A stretch of DNA of 64,000 bases from Zygnema circumcarinatum SAG 698-1b (taxonomy: Eukaryota > Plantae > Zygnematophyceae). Positions 21,429 to 34,026 of this stretch are shown piece after piece. A model generated the notes under the pieces. It was given only the letters and a program-made list of their open reading frames with translations, ran no database searches and had not been told where the DNA came from. Position numbers and translations under genes: made by a program. The DNA is taken from the NCBI GenBank assembly GCA_037447605.1, contig CM074809.1, positions 3,586,689-3,650,688 of the forward strand, in the 5' to 3' direction. The first letter of the stretch is position 1. Every line of letters begins with the position of its first letter.

Positions 21429-24400
21429 TCACAGCCGGGCCCCGACGGGGGCCTCGCGATGGGTAGGGCTCCGCCCCATGCTGAGGGAGGGGAGAGAGGG
21501 GAGGGGAGAGGAGGGGGGAAGGGGAGANNNNNNNNNNTTCAAGTTGGTCTTCTTGAACTGCGCTTGGTCCTTCTTGAACCACTTGGCGAGCAGGGCCAAA
21601 CACGTGTCGCCAGAGGCCACCGTGAAGACGGTCTTCGAGCTCCCCGTGCAGGCCCGCGCAATGGCCTCAAATGTGGTCGCCGAAGTGCATATCTGGGAAA
21701 TAAACAACCTCAACCAATGATATGGCAGGAGCAAAAGCAAGGGAAGCGAAAGTTGTTTCTTGTACGGAGTCTCTTTCTAAAACCTAAACAGCAATGGTGA
21801 CATTCCTCATGGCATCGGTTCTCTGGATTCAGATCGCAGAGTTTACGCAGCTTTACAAGTGTGAAATTGGCACAGGTGAGTGAATGGCCGCTTACCTCTT
21901 GCCCAAACGGAACAACACCACTCGTTGGAGGAACGAGGCGTGCGCAGTTGATGGCGGGGTTCACGGCATAGAACTTGGCGGCGGTTCCGTTGAACAGCGA
22001 CGTGACAATGCTTGCACACGTGTCACTCGCGCCGGCAACATACGATGCGTTGCAGAGCGGATTCTCCAATGGCGTGCCTCGCGTGATGCAAATCTGGAGG
22101 GTAATATTGTGAGAAAACTTCAACGATGGCGCCAAACATGGGTTTAAGTCGCTTGGAAAGAAAGCTGACTAATCCGACACTTTGAAAGAATCATCATTAC
22201 GATGTCCACTACAAGATGCTGAAATGGTGGTCATAATGCAGACCTTCGGTAGCCGAATTTGGTAACAAACCTGCTTTCCTCCCTGCAACGGGTTTGTGCA
22301 ATTGAGATTAGGGTTCTGGGAGTTTGTTCCCCCGAGGACTGTGCCAGCAGGGAGGTTGAAGAGGGCAGCAATGGAGGTGCATGTGTCGCCCTGCAGGAAA
22401 GATCAAAGCAATGGTCATATCAAATGACACAGAATTGAACAGAGAAGTTTCCAAAAGCGTCTAACGACATCCATGATGATGAATCGACAAAACGAATTCG
22501 TTCGTCAAAACCAACTGTCAACTGATTACCGGTCAAAATATCGAAAACCAGAGAATAGACAATACCTGATTGATAGTGTACGGGAGCGAACAGCTCCATG
22601 AGTTTGTGATGTTTATCAGAGTCGAGGCAGGGAGGACATTTGAGCAGTTAACACTCTGCAATCGCCGACAAACAAACATGTGTCAAATTCAAAAGTCAAG
22701 GAACTCAATGCATTCCAATGCTGGCAACAAAGATGTTCGCGGGTCGGGCTGCAATTTACGAAACAGACAATACAAAAAGACCAATCTCGGCCATAGACAC
22801 TCACTGGACGCTGCTGACGTATGAAGGCGGAGATGCTGATGCCATGCACATCCGCCAAGAGGTCGCAAGTCACTATCGGACCGGCAGGAACACTGAAGCT
22901 CTGAAGGCCCTGCAGAGGGGGCACACCTGCACAATGGCGGGACATAGAATGTTATTTCCTGCATCACATTTCTAAGGAAACAGGAAACCATCAACCTTCT
23001 TCAGAGCAGACAGTTTCGTTAAGTTTCAGTTCTTCCGTTTGCACTTTGAACATTACTTTTCGCGAGGATGTAGTCGGCGACAATGGTACATCGGAATCTG
23101 GCAAAGCTGCTTGGGACGAATGTTCTAGAGGGTTCTTGAAGTGGCATGAGGAAGCCTACCAGAGCGACACGTGGCACTACCGTCAAGGGTGTACTGAGAG
23201 AGGCTAAACCCCGAGGGGCAGAGACACGTGTACGCGCCGGAGGAGCTGCTGATGTCGAGGCACAGTCCAACGCCGCACGGGTTGGAAGAAAAGGACGCAC
23301 AAGTTGACGCTGCAGACATTAAAGAAAGAAATAGGGGGGAGGAGCGGCGAGAGGGGGGAGAGGGCGTAAAAGAGAGAGAAGGAGAGGACGAGAGAGAGAG
23401 AGGTGGGTTAAGAGGACGAGAGAGTGGGAAGGAGAGACAGTCTTCTCAGAACGAACCATCTTATTCACGCCCTACGCATGATGAGAGCCGTGCTGCATAC
23501 TGCTAGGGTGCTGTTACTTTCTAGAGTTTTTCAGGGTTTGTCAACGTTACATAACTTCACTAGATCATATCAGCACTACCCAACATGCTATGAAGATGGG
23601 CTTACCGGGAATGCAGGTCTGGGAGCCATCGCTGTTGTTGGCGGCAGCGAAGTCGGCGGGGCACAAGCAAACATTGGTGAGGCCGGAGACGGTGCATGTT
23701 CCCCCCCCGCAAGGGTTGGAGGTCCCCGCTCCCACACTGTTGTTGGGGAGCTTTATGGCGCCATAGCTATTGGAGCCGCAGGGGTTGCTTCCTGCATGCA
23801 GATGACGACAAGGAGTCATAAAAAAGGAATTGAAATAGTAATTTAATTTGGAATTACATTACTGTGGGTGTTCTCATGCTTGGTTGAATTTGCAGCACAA
23901 CAACTTATATTCGTAAACGAACAGGGAAATAGCGAAAAAATGCCCCCAGAGGAGCTGGCGGAGCCTCTCACCCTTGACAATGGGAACAAGAGCAGGAGTG
24001 CTAAACATTCCACACGTGCCCACTCCTCCTCGGATGGAGATTCGCATGAACCCTCCCTCACCCCAATTGATGCCCCAAGAATTTTTTATCAACATATACG
24101 GAGGAGTTGTTGTCAGATTGTAGCCTAGCACCACCACATTGTGGTTCACGCCACTCTTATAGCATGTGGGGTTGTCATAGATATAGCCCTGCACATTTAC
24201 AAGGAAAGTGTAAGCTCGATTCTCGTACTACGGAACAAAAATATAAAGGACGTGTAATTTCGAAAATTATCACATAGTGAATATGGTTTTTGTTGTAAGG
24301 AGGTTTCCAGGTTCATCTTTCAGGTTATCCCTTTATGCTTGTAGGGATCGCTCGCTTGTAGTGAATGTAGCATTCCTCACCCCCTTGTAGTCGATGAAGG

Positions 24401-27400
24401 TAGGGGCAGAGGCATCAATGGAGACTATGACCGGCCCTTGTAGGAGTGCCAGGAAGATGCCCAGCAGTCCGAAAAATCGCACTTTTTCGTATGATGAAAT
24501 GCCAAACGCTCCGGAACCCTGCGCTTAATATTGGAGCAGGCACATAAGGTTTGCTGTGTGAGAAAAAACTCAAAACAACATCGGGTGATTGAACTTGTCG
24601 AACACCCACTTTGGAAAGTATTGACAGAGGGTGAAAGCGAAAATAGGCCAACTTCTGGAGTTATCTGCAAGAAACAATCAAATCTCTGAGAACCCTCGTG
24701 TTTTCTAGTTTAAAGTGCACCCTTTATTTGAAGAGAGGCTTAGTGGAAGTCAAGGACATTGAATTCCGCGGCTCAGCCAAAGTATTGTCATAAGTGAAGG
24801 ATTCTTAAATGACTCACCGAGACAACATTACATGCTTGAGGAGTCCCGCTGTATGGCAGAGCGGCTTCAGTGGTCAGCTTCTGCCCAGCTGCATACTCCA
24901 AAACATCGATTGGGGAGCCTCCACTACAGGGCTTTGAAGTCCCCTGGCAGTCCAAAATTTGCTGCACGGAGACCTTAGGAAGAACATTGCCTCCATTTGC
25001 AATGTAGATGGCAGTCTCCATGGATGAGATCGGAGCAAAAGCCCAGCTGGAACCTGAAGATTGTAAGAGGATGCAGTGGAGCATGAGCTCAATGTGTGTG
25101 AAGTGATTACTTACGGTTTTATATCACAGCCTCACAAATTTCGAGTCGCAGGATTCGCAGTGGATACTTGCACTCATGTGACTTAGAAATTTCTAAGGAC
25201 TTAACCCATCACCTCAGTGTACGCTGATGTACACCGTTTTCGGATGATTGATAGGCGTAAGCGATTCTTGAATGTAGTTAATTAGAGATTCCTTTGCAAA
25301 AATTTCATCAGCAAACCAAGCTCTTATCACACCTCATAACTGGTAACCTAAATCTTTGCCGACCTTGAGAAGTATTGCAACCTACCGCACGTCTTCTGGT
25401 CGCGCACAGAGCCCGCGCCTCCCTGCTCTGCCCAGCTCCACTGCGGAGGCACACTCCACCTGCCGTTAGCAGCGCTATATCCCAAACTCGAATAGCGGAA
25501 GAATCGGTCTGAGTATCTGGGAGTAGTGATGGCGGAAGGGGCCAAACCCGTGCCCTTTGTGCCAACTGCATCACGACCACAAAAGATCGAAATTTTACAT
25601 CATTTTCCATCGACATAGCCCCCTGCGAGTGGGACCGGCTGCCGTAAGCGATGGGATCTAAGAGTTCATGTAAGAATGGGAACAATGGGAAACAACTACA
25701 TAAAGGAGGGGCTCGAAATGTTTGTTTTCAACTGACTTTCCACTGTTATTTCTCATTGGGAACATAAGTTTTCAACCGGATCCTGACCATTCTCATTGTG
25801 ATTGCTTCTGGAATATGAGACTCCGACGATGAAATCCTTGACATGAAGCTGCTTTTTCAAACTACAGAAAGCTGAAGGTGCCTACCAGCCACGCAGATTC
25901 CGCTGTTGATAAAGCTGTTGTAGCCGAACACGCAACTGCATGCAGCCGCCGGCGAGGCTCGGGTTCGAAGGCATGTCCCCTGACTCGAGCACGCGCCCAA
26001 GGGCTGAGTCGTGTTGCAAAAGGCAATGCATTCGGAGAGACTCCTCTGCGTGTCTTGGGGACAGAACAGATCTTCGCTGAACATGCAGTTGTTCGCAAGA
26101 GCACCCGCGGATTGGCAGTATCTTGAATTGCTGTCATACTGGTAATAAAACGTAGTCGTACCATTAAAGTAGTTGTTTCTCAAGTCTACAAATACTTTGT
26201 CATAGGTCCATGTGTTGAACTGTCCCGTTAAAAAGTTGTTTTGAAGCCACCTGCAAAAGGAGCCAGACTGTGTTTAGGTCCAGAGGGAGGCAAGTCCGTG
26301 AAAGTTCACAAGAGCATGTGCAAAGTGTTTGTTGAACAACTCATTTGACGCACATTAGTTCGAATTTAGTGTTCAAGTAAACACCATGCATTAGGTTACA
26401 GGAGAAGGGACACATGGCTTACAAAACAGAAGGGAGGCGAGATGTAGGCACGGTCCCAACAAGTTCATTATCATTCAGATATCTGCGCAAGTAGAGGACG
26501 CCTTTTAAAAGGAAATGGAGCATACATAGTCTGTTTTCGCTGAATGATTGAAGTGCTCTACCGAAAATTGATTCGAAATCGAATCGACGTTCAACTGATT
26601 TCGAAAGTTTTTTTTTTTTGAACAGCCAAAATCTTTACTTGTTCAATTTTTCAAACTGCATAAATATCAAGCCCTCAGCAGGCTAAGACCAGCATCCCAA
26701 GATATCTGGAGTCAGAATGGGAAACCCAGGGACACTCACATTGAAAACATCCCTGCGTAGCTATCCAAATAGTTCGGTGGTATGCTTGTGAGCCTGTTGA
26801 AGCTAAGGTCCCTGCCAAACATTTCATACGATATCTAATCGTTAGCAATTTCCAGAGACCTCCAAAGTCCTTTCCAATACCGCGGTATGTTCAAAGAAAC
26901 TGAGATGGTCAGCTTTAGAGGTCTGAGTCATACAACGTCCGTGTATAATATCCGACATACGCAGGAACTGCTCCTGAGAAGTTGTTGTTATTGAAATACC
27001 TGCGACAAAATGCACATTTTCAAACGGTATTCATTGATGGCAATCTAAATTTCCGATTATCGGCATCGATCGCCTCAAATGAATTGAACACAAATTCATT
27101 CTTACAATGATATATGTGTCACCTGTAGCGTGCGAATGGGTATGATCAATCGACCAATTCAGCCCCCCGGGCTGAACACAGAAATTTGTCCACATAATTT
27201 TCCAGTCAGCAAGTGGGTTAGAGAGCTCACAGGCGCATCCAATAGCAACAGTCGGGGAAACGAGGAATAGTGCCAGTCAGCTGGTTGTAGCTTAAGTCCC
27301 TGAAATTCCAACCCACTTTGAAGGAGGTCAATCTTTACATCAATCTCTTGTATTATTTTGACCTGATGAGCCAAATCTTTTTTAGCGTTCTCACACCGAA

Positions 27401-30400
27401 GAGCTCTGTGAGCATTCGTGATAGATTGTTTTGCTCACATGTAGCGCACGGAGGTTGTCGTAAATTGTGGTAATATTCCAGTAAGCTGGTTGTTTGACAT
27501 GAGCCTGATGATAACAACGACAGTCGAAACCGTTAAGAATCGGAACTAACTTGTGATCGAGAGAAGTGAAAAGTTCTCAGGTTGAATCGAAAGTAAGATC
27601 ATGTGATGATCGATCATTTTTCATACGTACATTCGAATGTTCCTTCCAAAAAGTTTATTTGAGTACACTCACAACACATAAATTGATAGTTTGGTGAGTG
27701 TGGTTGGGAAGCTCCCGTTGAACCGGTTCCCTTGAAGATCCCTGGCATATGCGTCCATTGCGCATACAGAAAACATGAGAGGGAGAGCTCAACTGTATTC
27801 TCAAGCGCTCATTTTCTACATAGGAGGTATCGCGTGTAAATAGAGAATTGAAAACGACTTACAAATACTGGAGGCTGCCAAGTTTGCTGAATGTGGTTGG
27901 AATCGGACCAACGAGATTGTTGTTGGCAAGGGTCCTGTGGGCCGAAAAGCCAAACCTTGGAGGGCTTCATGAGCCATGAGGGGCACATGCATGGCAATCG
28001 CTAGGACCTTTCGAAGGAGCCACAATGTGAATCTTCAACTCGTCATGTTATACAGAAATGAGTCCCCAGCCTATACTCTTGCAACGACCATCTACGAATG
28101 CAAAAACAAGCAAGGATTTTCCCTCACAAAAAGTTTAACGAAGCCAAGTCTCCAATGCTTGCTGGAAGTACTCCGCTCAGGGAATTATTTGTCAAGTACC
28201 TGCACAAACCCGAGCCAAAAAGGAATAGTGAGCTATGGCAAGGCAAGGGTATGCAGTCAAAGACGGAGCCCCACCATCCTTTCCAAGTGCAAGAGAGGTC
28301 TCATCCTCCAAAAGACAGAAGGAAAAAATCTGAAGAAGAAAAAGTTCACGCCCAAATGTAAGCGGAACAGAAGGTAGCTTTGATTCCCCTTCGTCCTTGG
28401 TCTCTACTGTATCTCAGTGAGACACTTACAACCCAATCATAGATGTGGCTTTGCCGATCTCAGCAGGAATGCTTCCGATTAGTTGGTTCTCTACCGCGGA
28501 CCTGAAAAGGAAGCCATAAATTTTTAAGATCCTACTCAAGGGCAGTGAAAAGTGAAGTGCATTGCAAACACGTCTTGAATTGCAACTACTAAATTTCAGT
28601 CAGGATATAGGCACCTTTGTTTCCCTATGGTATTCAAAGTACAAAGGGAAGAAGCGCAAAGAAATAAAATGGGTCAGTACTCACAGGTACTGGAGATTGG
28701 ACATTAATTTGACAGTTGTTGGTATCGTGCCAGTGAGTGAATTCGTATCAAAGGTTCTGTAGGCATAAAAGAAGAGCGTGTCAAGGGTATTGCATCTGAA
28801 AATGACACGTACAGCGACAAGCTGAGCTCTATTACCTCTCGGACAGAACTAACGTGCATGATTTCGTCCTTATCATAACCACAGATTCCCCTGAGAAGCA
28901 CACTTCCACTTACACACTGTTGAGATAAGTAAGACTCCCAATAGAGGCTGGTATCCTTCCGGACAATCTGTTGTTATTTAAGGATCTGTAAGGTGGCCCA
29001 TGAAAGAATAAGAACAAAATGTTAGAGAACTATGCATTATCGAAGCGGGTTTCATGCTCAAAATAACAGCCATGTCTTCCGGGGAGCTTGGGCAACCAAA
29101 AGAAATGCCACCCTTGGGGCTAAATCAAGACATTTACTGCCCCGTCTGGCAAGAAGCTTTTGCCTTATCAGCGTTTCTTCAATAATGTCATTCCACAAAG
29201 AATATTGCAATCTTCTTGCCAAAATAATGACTTGTTGTGCGATTCGATTACACCAAAATGCGCTCGGAGGAATCAAGGAACTTCTCACAAGTTAATCAAA
29301 TATGTGATGTTGCCGATGCTACTGGGAATGGTGCCAGTGAGCTGGTTTGAACCCAGGTCCCTGCCAACAGATCAAACATCAAAGGGGTATTGGGTGCAGT
29401 CAACAGCCTCGGACGTACAGCAGGTAGTCACAAGCGCCTCACGTGAAAGTAAAGCAACGGTTAGCTTGGAAATCTTCAGCTTTTTCTGAAGATTTCTGAG
29501 AATTGACAGAACAATGACATCCAGTTGCTTGGAAGCTTCTCGCCTTCAAATTCTGCCACATGAAAAGTCAAACCATGACGATGGAACAAAACAATTGCTT
29601 CATGACAACGATGCCTAGATACGTGCACTTCATTCCAGGTTCTAAGTGAGGGCAAATTGCAAACTGGACAAGAATTCTTCAGAAAGCGAAGTATATGTGA
29701 ACTAATCAAAATTACATGCCAATGTGCATTGCCGAAAAGCATAGGGGTCCCCCAACACCTTCCCCAAAATTTTCAACCGTGTTCGCAGACTCATCATATC
29801 TTCTCTGTGAATGGATGGCGTGAACCAAGAAAGATTGCCAAATGGTTGAGCTGCAAATTTAGAAGAGGAAACACGTTTCAACAGCAAAGCGAGCGGAACC
29901 GTACAAGTATCGCAAGCCTGTCATATTGCCAATGTCTTCTGGTATGGGGCCGCTGAGGCTGTTGCCGGATAGTTGCCTGTCACCCCCATGTGGAAAAGCG
30001 CGAATACATTCAGGTTCATCCAGGCCATTGTCAAACTATGCACCACATTTGACCCACTTTAAAAACTATTTCTTTTCGAAAACAGGTTATCTACTGAGGA
30101 CCAAAGCGTCGCAGTAGTGCCTGAACTCGTAGTAAACAGATGCTGGATTAGTAAGAGATCGGTTAGACGTACAGCGAGTAAAGGTTTTGAAGTGCGCTCA
30201 GTGATGCTGGTATACTTCCATTCAGCGACATGGAAGACAGATCTCTGTGCAGCCATGAGGACGAGTTTCAAATTTTGCATTAATTCCAGTCCTGTAATAG
30301 CTGACATTGTACCTATGACGACTGCAACGACCACAACTCCCTAAACAATGAATAAATCACGTGAAAACGCATCCATGTGCGAAAAACTTTAGATACCATG

Positions 30401-33400
30401 AAAATGGCAGGCATAACAGGATCATTTCGCTTAAGAACTCGTATAGAAGTTGAAACAAACTAGCAGTAACGTTTTGAACGATGCTTTGGATGCTTTCTTG
30501 ATACTGGCCGATACTGATTTTTACATGGAGACAGACAAACCTATGTACCTTTCCACTCAACACAGGCACAGATCTAAAAGTTGTCTGCAAAAATCAATTG
30601 TTGAGTACGCACAGTGTCGAGAGATAGATCATGTTGCCGATGGATGACGGTATGCTTCCGTAGAGATTGTTGGGATAATTGATCACCCTGACGTCATCCC
30701 AAAATCCACCATTTTAACATCTTTTTGTGCTACACACACCATCGGAAATAAACTGTCACCACCGTACGAGCTAATTCGATGGCAATCACTGAAGGGGGTT
30801 CCAGCATGGCAGGCATGATTGTTATCTTTAAGATTTTCTCACATTTGGAGGACACATCGGACATCTCAGGCGTGTACAGATACTCAAGAGTGATCCATAA
30901 GGTCTTGCGAGGGTTATAAAGGATAGAAGAAGATCATCAATAGCATACAAAAAAAATCGCTCGCTACTGCATCAAATGGAGATGGGAAAGTGAACGTAAA
31001 TAGACTTACAGACTTCCCAGCGCAGTAAGGTTCCCAATGTTTGCGGGAAGTTCTCCGGTAAGAAAGTTGTTTGCCAAATTTCTGAAACGTGAAAACGAAT
31101 GTACCATAGACATGAGCATTCTGCAATCGCTTAAACTATTTTTCCTTATGTCAGGAAGATTTTATTTGTGCGGCTCAGGGATTTTAAAGGGTGCACCGAT
31201 AGAACCAAAAGAGCAGTGACGCAACAAGACAAACATGCAGAGTCATTTCAGATATTTTTTCGTCGCAAAAAACGGCACTTACAAGGAGGCTAAGTTAAAC
31301 ATGTTTCCAAACGTGGCCGGTAAGGTTCCATCCAAAGCATTGTCCTGAAGCGATCTGGTGTAAAACCCGAAACTCACCGAAAGCCATACTTTAGGAACTT
31401 CTAATTCTAAGATCTGCATCATGTGTGTGATGCTCTCACCATATGCCATAAAGTAAAACAAATTTTTAACAGGAGAGAATGAGGAAGCCCAACAAGGCAG
31501 TTAAATATCCTCCAACAAGTCATGTAAAACTCAACACTGCACTCCCGCTGAAAAACTCAAGTTGGCTTGATTTCTCAAGTCACTATTGAAGCTGAGCAAA
31601 AAACTATTCCATCAGCGTGCGTAGCAAATGCATAATGCATGCACGATGTCCACTTACAAGCTTCTAAGGTTTACAAGATTTCCAAAGGATGAAGGGACGG
31701 ATCCTGTAAAGTAGTTGTTAGCCAATGATCTGCAGACAGGCCAGTATATCAATTAGATCCTAAGAATATTCGCAAAAGAATTTAATCGCATACATTCTTA
31801 CAAAAATCACGCCTCCGATACACTGCACCCTTAAATAGCCCATTTCAAACGGTATTGAAATACTCACAAGTCAGTCAACATGGTGGCGTTTCCAAGACTG
31901 TCTGGAATGGGACCTGTCAAGCGGTTATTATACAGATACCTGCCGATGAGCCCAAAAAGCACGCATGGCGCCAGGAAATTAGACATGAGTGAACCAGAAA
32001 TAAGTGCAATGGCAAGTGCATCAGTAGCAAGAAACGCAAAGTACCAAAGTAGAGGCATATATGAACTTACAATACCGTGAGCTCCTCCAGTTTATTTCCA
32101 AAAGTTGATGGCAGTGATCCAAACAGCTTGTTGTCATTCAAATAGCTGACCTTGCCTCTCCCACAATCCGCACTTTTGTGTTAATGGTAAAACTGACTGG
32201 CTAGAATTGCATGCATTCGGTGACATCACACCGATTGCTCTTTACTTCTAAATCACAGCTTGCCTCCTGCAGAGCACCAGTCTGGGGTTTTTTTGACTGG
32301 CTGATTCAATACATCGAAGCAGCATGCGCTTGTTTACATGCATTGAATGCTGGACAACACGTTATTACAAGGATAAAAAATACTGCTGAGTAACAACTGA
32401 CCAGTTTCTGGGACTAAGTCCTAACAACACAACGTTTTACAACCCAAAGCATCACCACCATCACACCTTCCTCCCACCCGCCCTCCCTCCCTCACTCCGT
32501 CCCCCCTCCCTTCCTCCCCCCCGCCCTCCCCCCGCAGACCCTCCCTCCCTTCCTCTCTCACTCCAATGGCGCTCACATGTTTTGCGCGTTCACAAGGTCG
32601 CCAAGCTCCGCTGGGATTTGTCCTGTCAGCTGATTACCTGCGAGATTCCTGGCAAAAGAGCAGCAGACCAAGGAGCGATAATCCACTAGACATTATCTTC
32701 TGCCGTTACAGCCTCCACGCTAAGCAAGTACAGCCACTAATCGCGGACAAAAAATAGGGAGAAACAAATTTTCAAACTTTTTAATCAACGAATGAAAAAT
32801 TAATGCTCGAAAACTCGAAAAACATAATCATCTCACTTACAAGGTGACGAGATTGACAAGTTTCCCTAAGCTCGACGGTATTCTCCCCGTTAACCTACAG
32901 TTGCTAAGATCCCTGCAACCAATGCAATAGTAACAGATGGTGATGTGAGGCACGCCAGACGTCACCAAGCCACATTTGCGTACCTTTCCGGTAAGTTCTG
33001 CCTGAATCCAACATCTCAGTAGAACCATCAAGCGCCATCTATGTAGCAAAAATATCGAAAAGGTGCAAAGCTTGATGTCTCCAGACAGAACGAGAGAGCC
33101 TCTCACAATTTTGTCAGGCTGATGATGTTTGAGAGCCCCTCAGTGAGCCGCGACTGCACGTTCCTGCAGCCATATAGGCACTTCCTTTATCAGGCATTAC
33201 CCGGACAAGCAGCCATGGTTAACCACATTTTCAACTGAGTCTTTTCCTCCTGTGCCGCAACGAGACTGGTCAAAAAACCAGAGATCTTTCAAAACCAGAC
33301 ATGACCCTGAACCCTAAACGGCCACCTCTGCAGGGTCCAGTCCTTACGCAAGATTGAGCTCCACGACCTGCCCGCCTTCGCAGACCACATTCGCCCAGTC

Positions 33401-33701
33401 GGCGCAGTCCCGCTTCGGCTCCCACGTCTGAAAGGACTCCCAATTCCACCACAAGTTCGCTGCCTTGAACTCCAAAAGCGCCGGCACTGAGCCGCTCCCC
33501 TCCCCCCCACCCCCCGCCACGTGTCAGCCATTCCCTCCCTGCCGACGGGCTTCAGCCATGCCCACGTGGCAGGGGGGGGCGCTCCGTACGCTGCCACGCA
33601 ACGATGGGTTCGGCGGCGGAGGGCGCCGCGGCGAGCACGTGCAGCAGCAGGGCGAGGAGAGCCCGCCACGTGGCGGCACGGGAGGAGGGCGCCATGGCCA
33701 T
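21429..33701 (-). CDS. Secreted mosaic protein: signal peptide - LRRNT - ~20 LRR - EGF-like - papain (C1A) domain with catalytic Cys>Ser - EGF-like repeats - 4 LysM; about 33 exons
   Basis: Exon 1 (33701-33590) MAMAPSSRAATWRALLALLLHVLAAAPSAAEPIVAWQ; exon 2 (33486-33348) LRRNT W..W....C..W..V.C; then LRR, C1A, EGF and LysM exons, all with canonical GT-AG and compatible phases. The 3' end is uncertain because of the gap at 21528-21537. Confidence 0.9.
21528..21537. other. Scaffold gap (10 N) at the end of the last LysM exon
   Basis: N run. Confidence 1.
21538..22926 (-). other. Four tandem Cys-containing LysM domains (exons 22926-22805, 22655-22566, 22390-22271, 22093-21896, 21692-21538)
   Basis: FSVPAGPIVTCDLLADVHGISISAFIRQQRPSVNC; CSLPYTINQGDTCTSIAALFNLP..NPNLNCTNPLQGGKQIC; CNASYVAGASDTCASIVTSLFNGTAAKFYAVNPAINC..GQEIC; FTVASGDTCLALLAKWFKKDQAQFKKTN. 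Confidence 0.8.
23160..23791 (-). other. EGF-like exons (23791-23606, 23309-23160)
   Basis: NPCGGGTC..VCLCPADF..QTC and NPCGVGLC..YTCLCPSGF..ATC. Both are phase 1-1 exons. Confidence 0.85.
23972..25565 (-). other. Papain-family (C1A) domain exons (25565-25386, 25053-24818, 24518-24381, 24188-23972)
   Basis: WSWAEQGGAGSVRDQKTCG|SSWAFA, SVQQILDC..CSGGSP, GPVIVSI, VNHNVVVLGY, IKNSWGINWGEGGFMRI..GTCG. Confidence 0.92.
26140..33163 (-). other. Plant-type LRR array, one repeat per phase-2 exon
   Basis: 17 exons of 66-75 bp (12 of exactly 72 bp), e.g. 32912-32841 DLSNCRLTGRIPSSLGKLVNLVTL, 31939-31868, 31729-31658, 31354-31283, 31081-31010, 29976-29905, 29360-29289, 28985-28914, 28756-28685, 28501-28430, 28199-28128, 27934-27863. 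There is also a 57-bp first LRR exon and two more repeats in exon 26250-25886. Confidence 0.92.
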
Positions 33702-34026
33702 GGCCAGGGCGGGCGGGCGGGCTGGCTGGCGGCGGAGGAAAGGCGAGAGGGCGGAAGGGCTCGCCGAGGAACCGTCCAAACCTCAGCGGGGACTTGGGGA
33801 AGGGGAGGGCTTTGAGGCCGAACTGGCGGGGCGGGCCGGAGCGATCGCACGTGCCACGTGGCCGTCCGTGACTGGCCGAGAAATATTTACGACCTCTTCG
33901 CGCTGGCCGCGGCGGCCAGCCGTTTGGATTTTCTGTGTACGGTCAGCCCTCAATAAAAGGAAAAATCGGAAGGTGCTGCTTCTCTGGTATGCAGGGAAGG
34001 TATTTTAGGAAGGTACTCTTTTTTTA

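Noticed and set aside
23057-23097. 41-bp AG/GT-bounded candidate exon between EGF and LysM exons
   Set aside because: Including it shifts the next exon into a stop. Direct phase-1 splicing from 23160 to 22926 keeps the frame.
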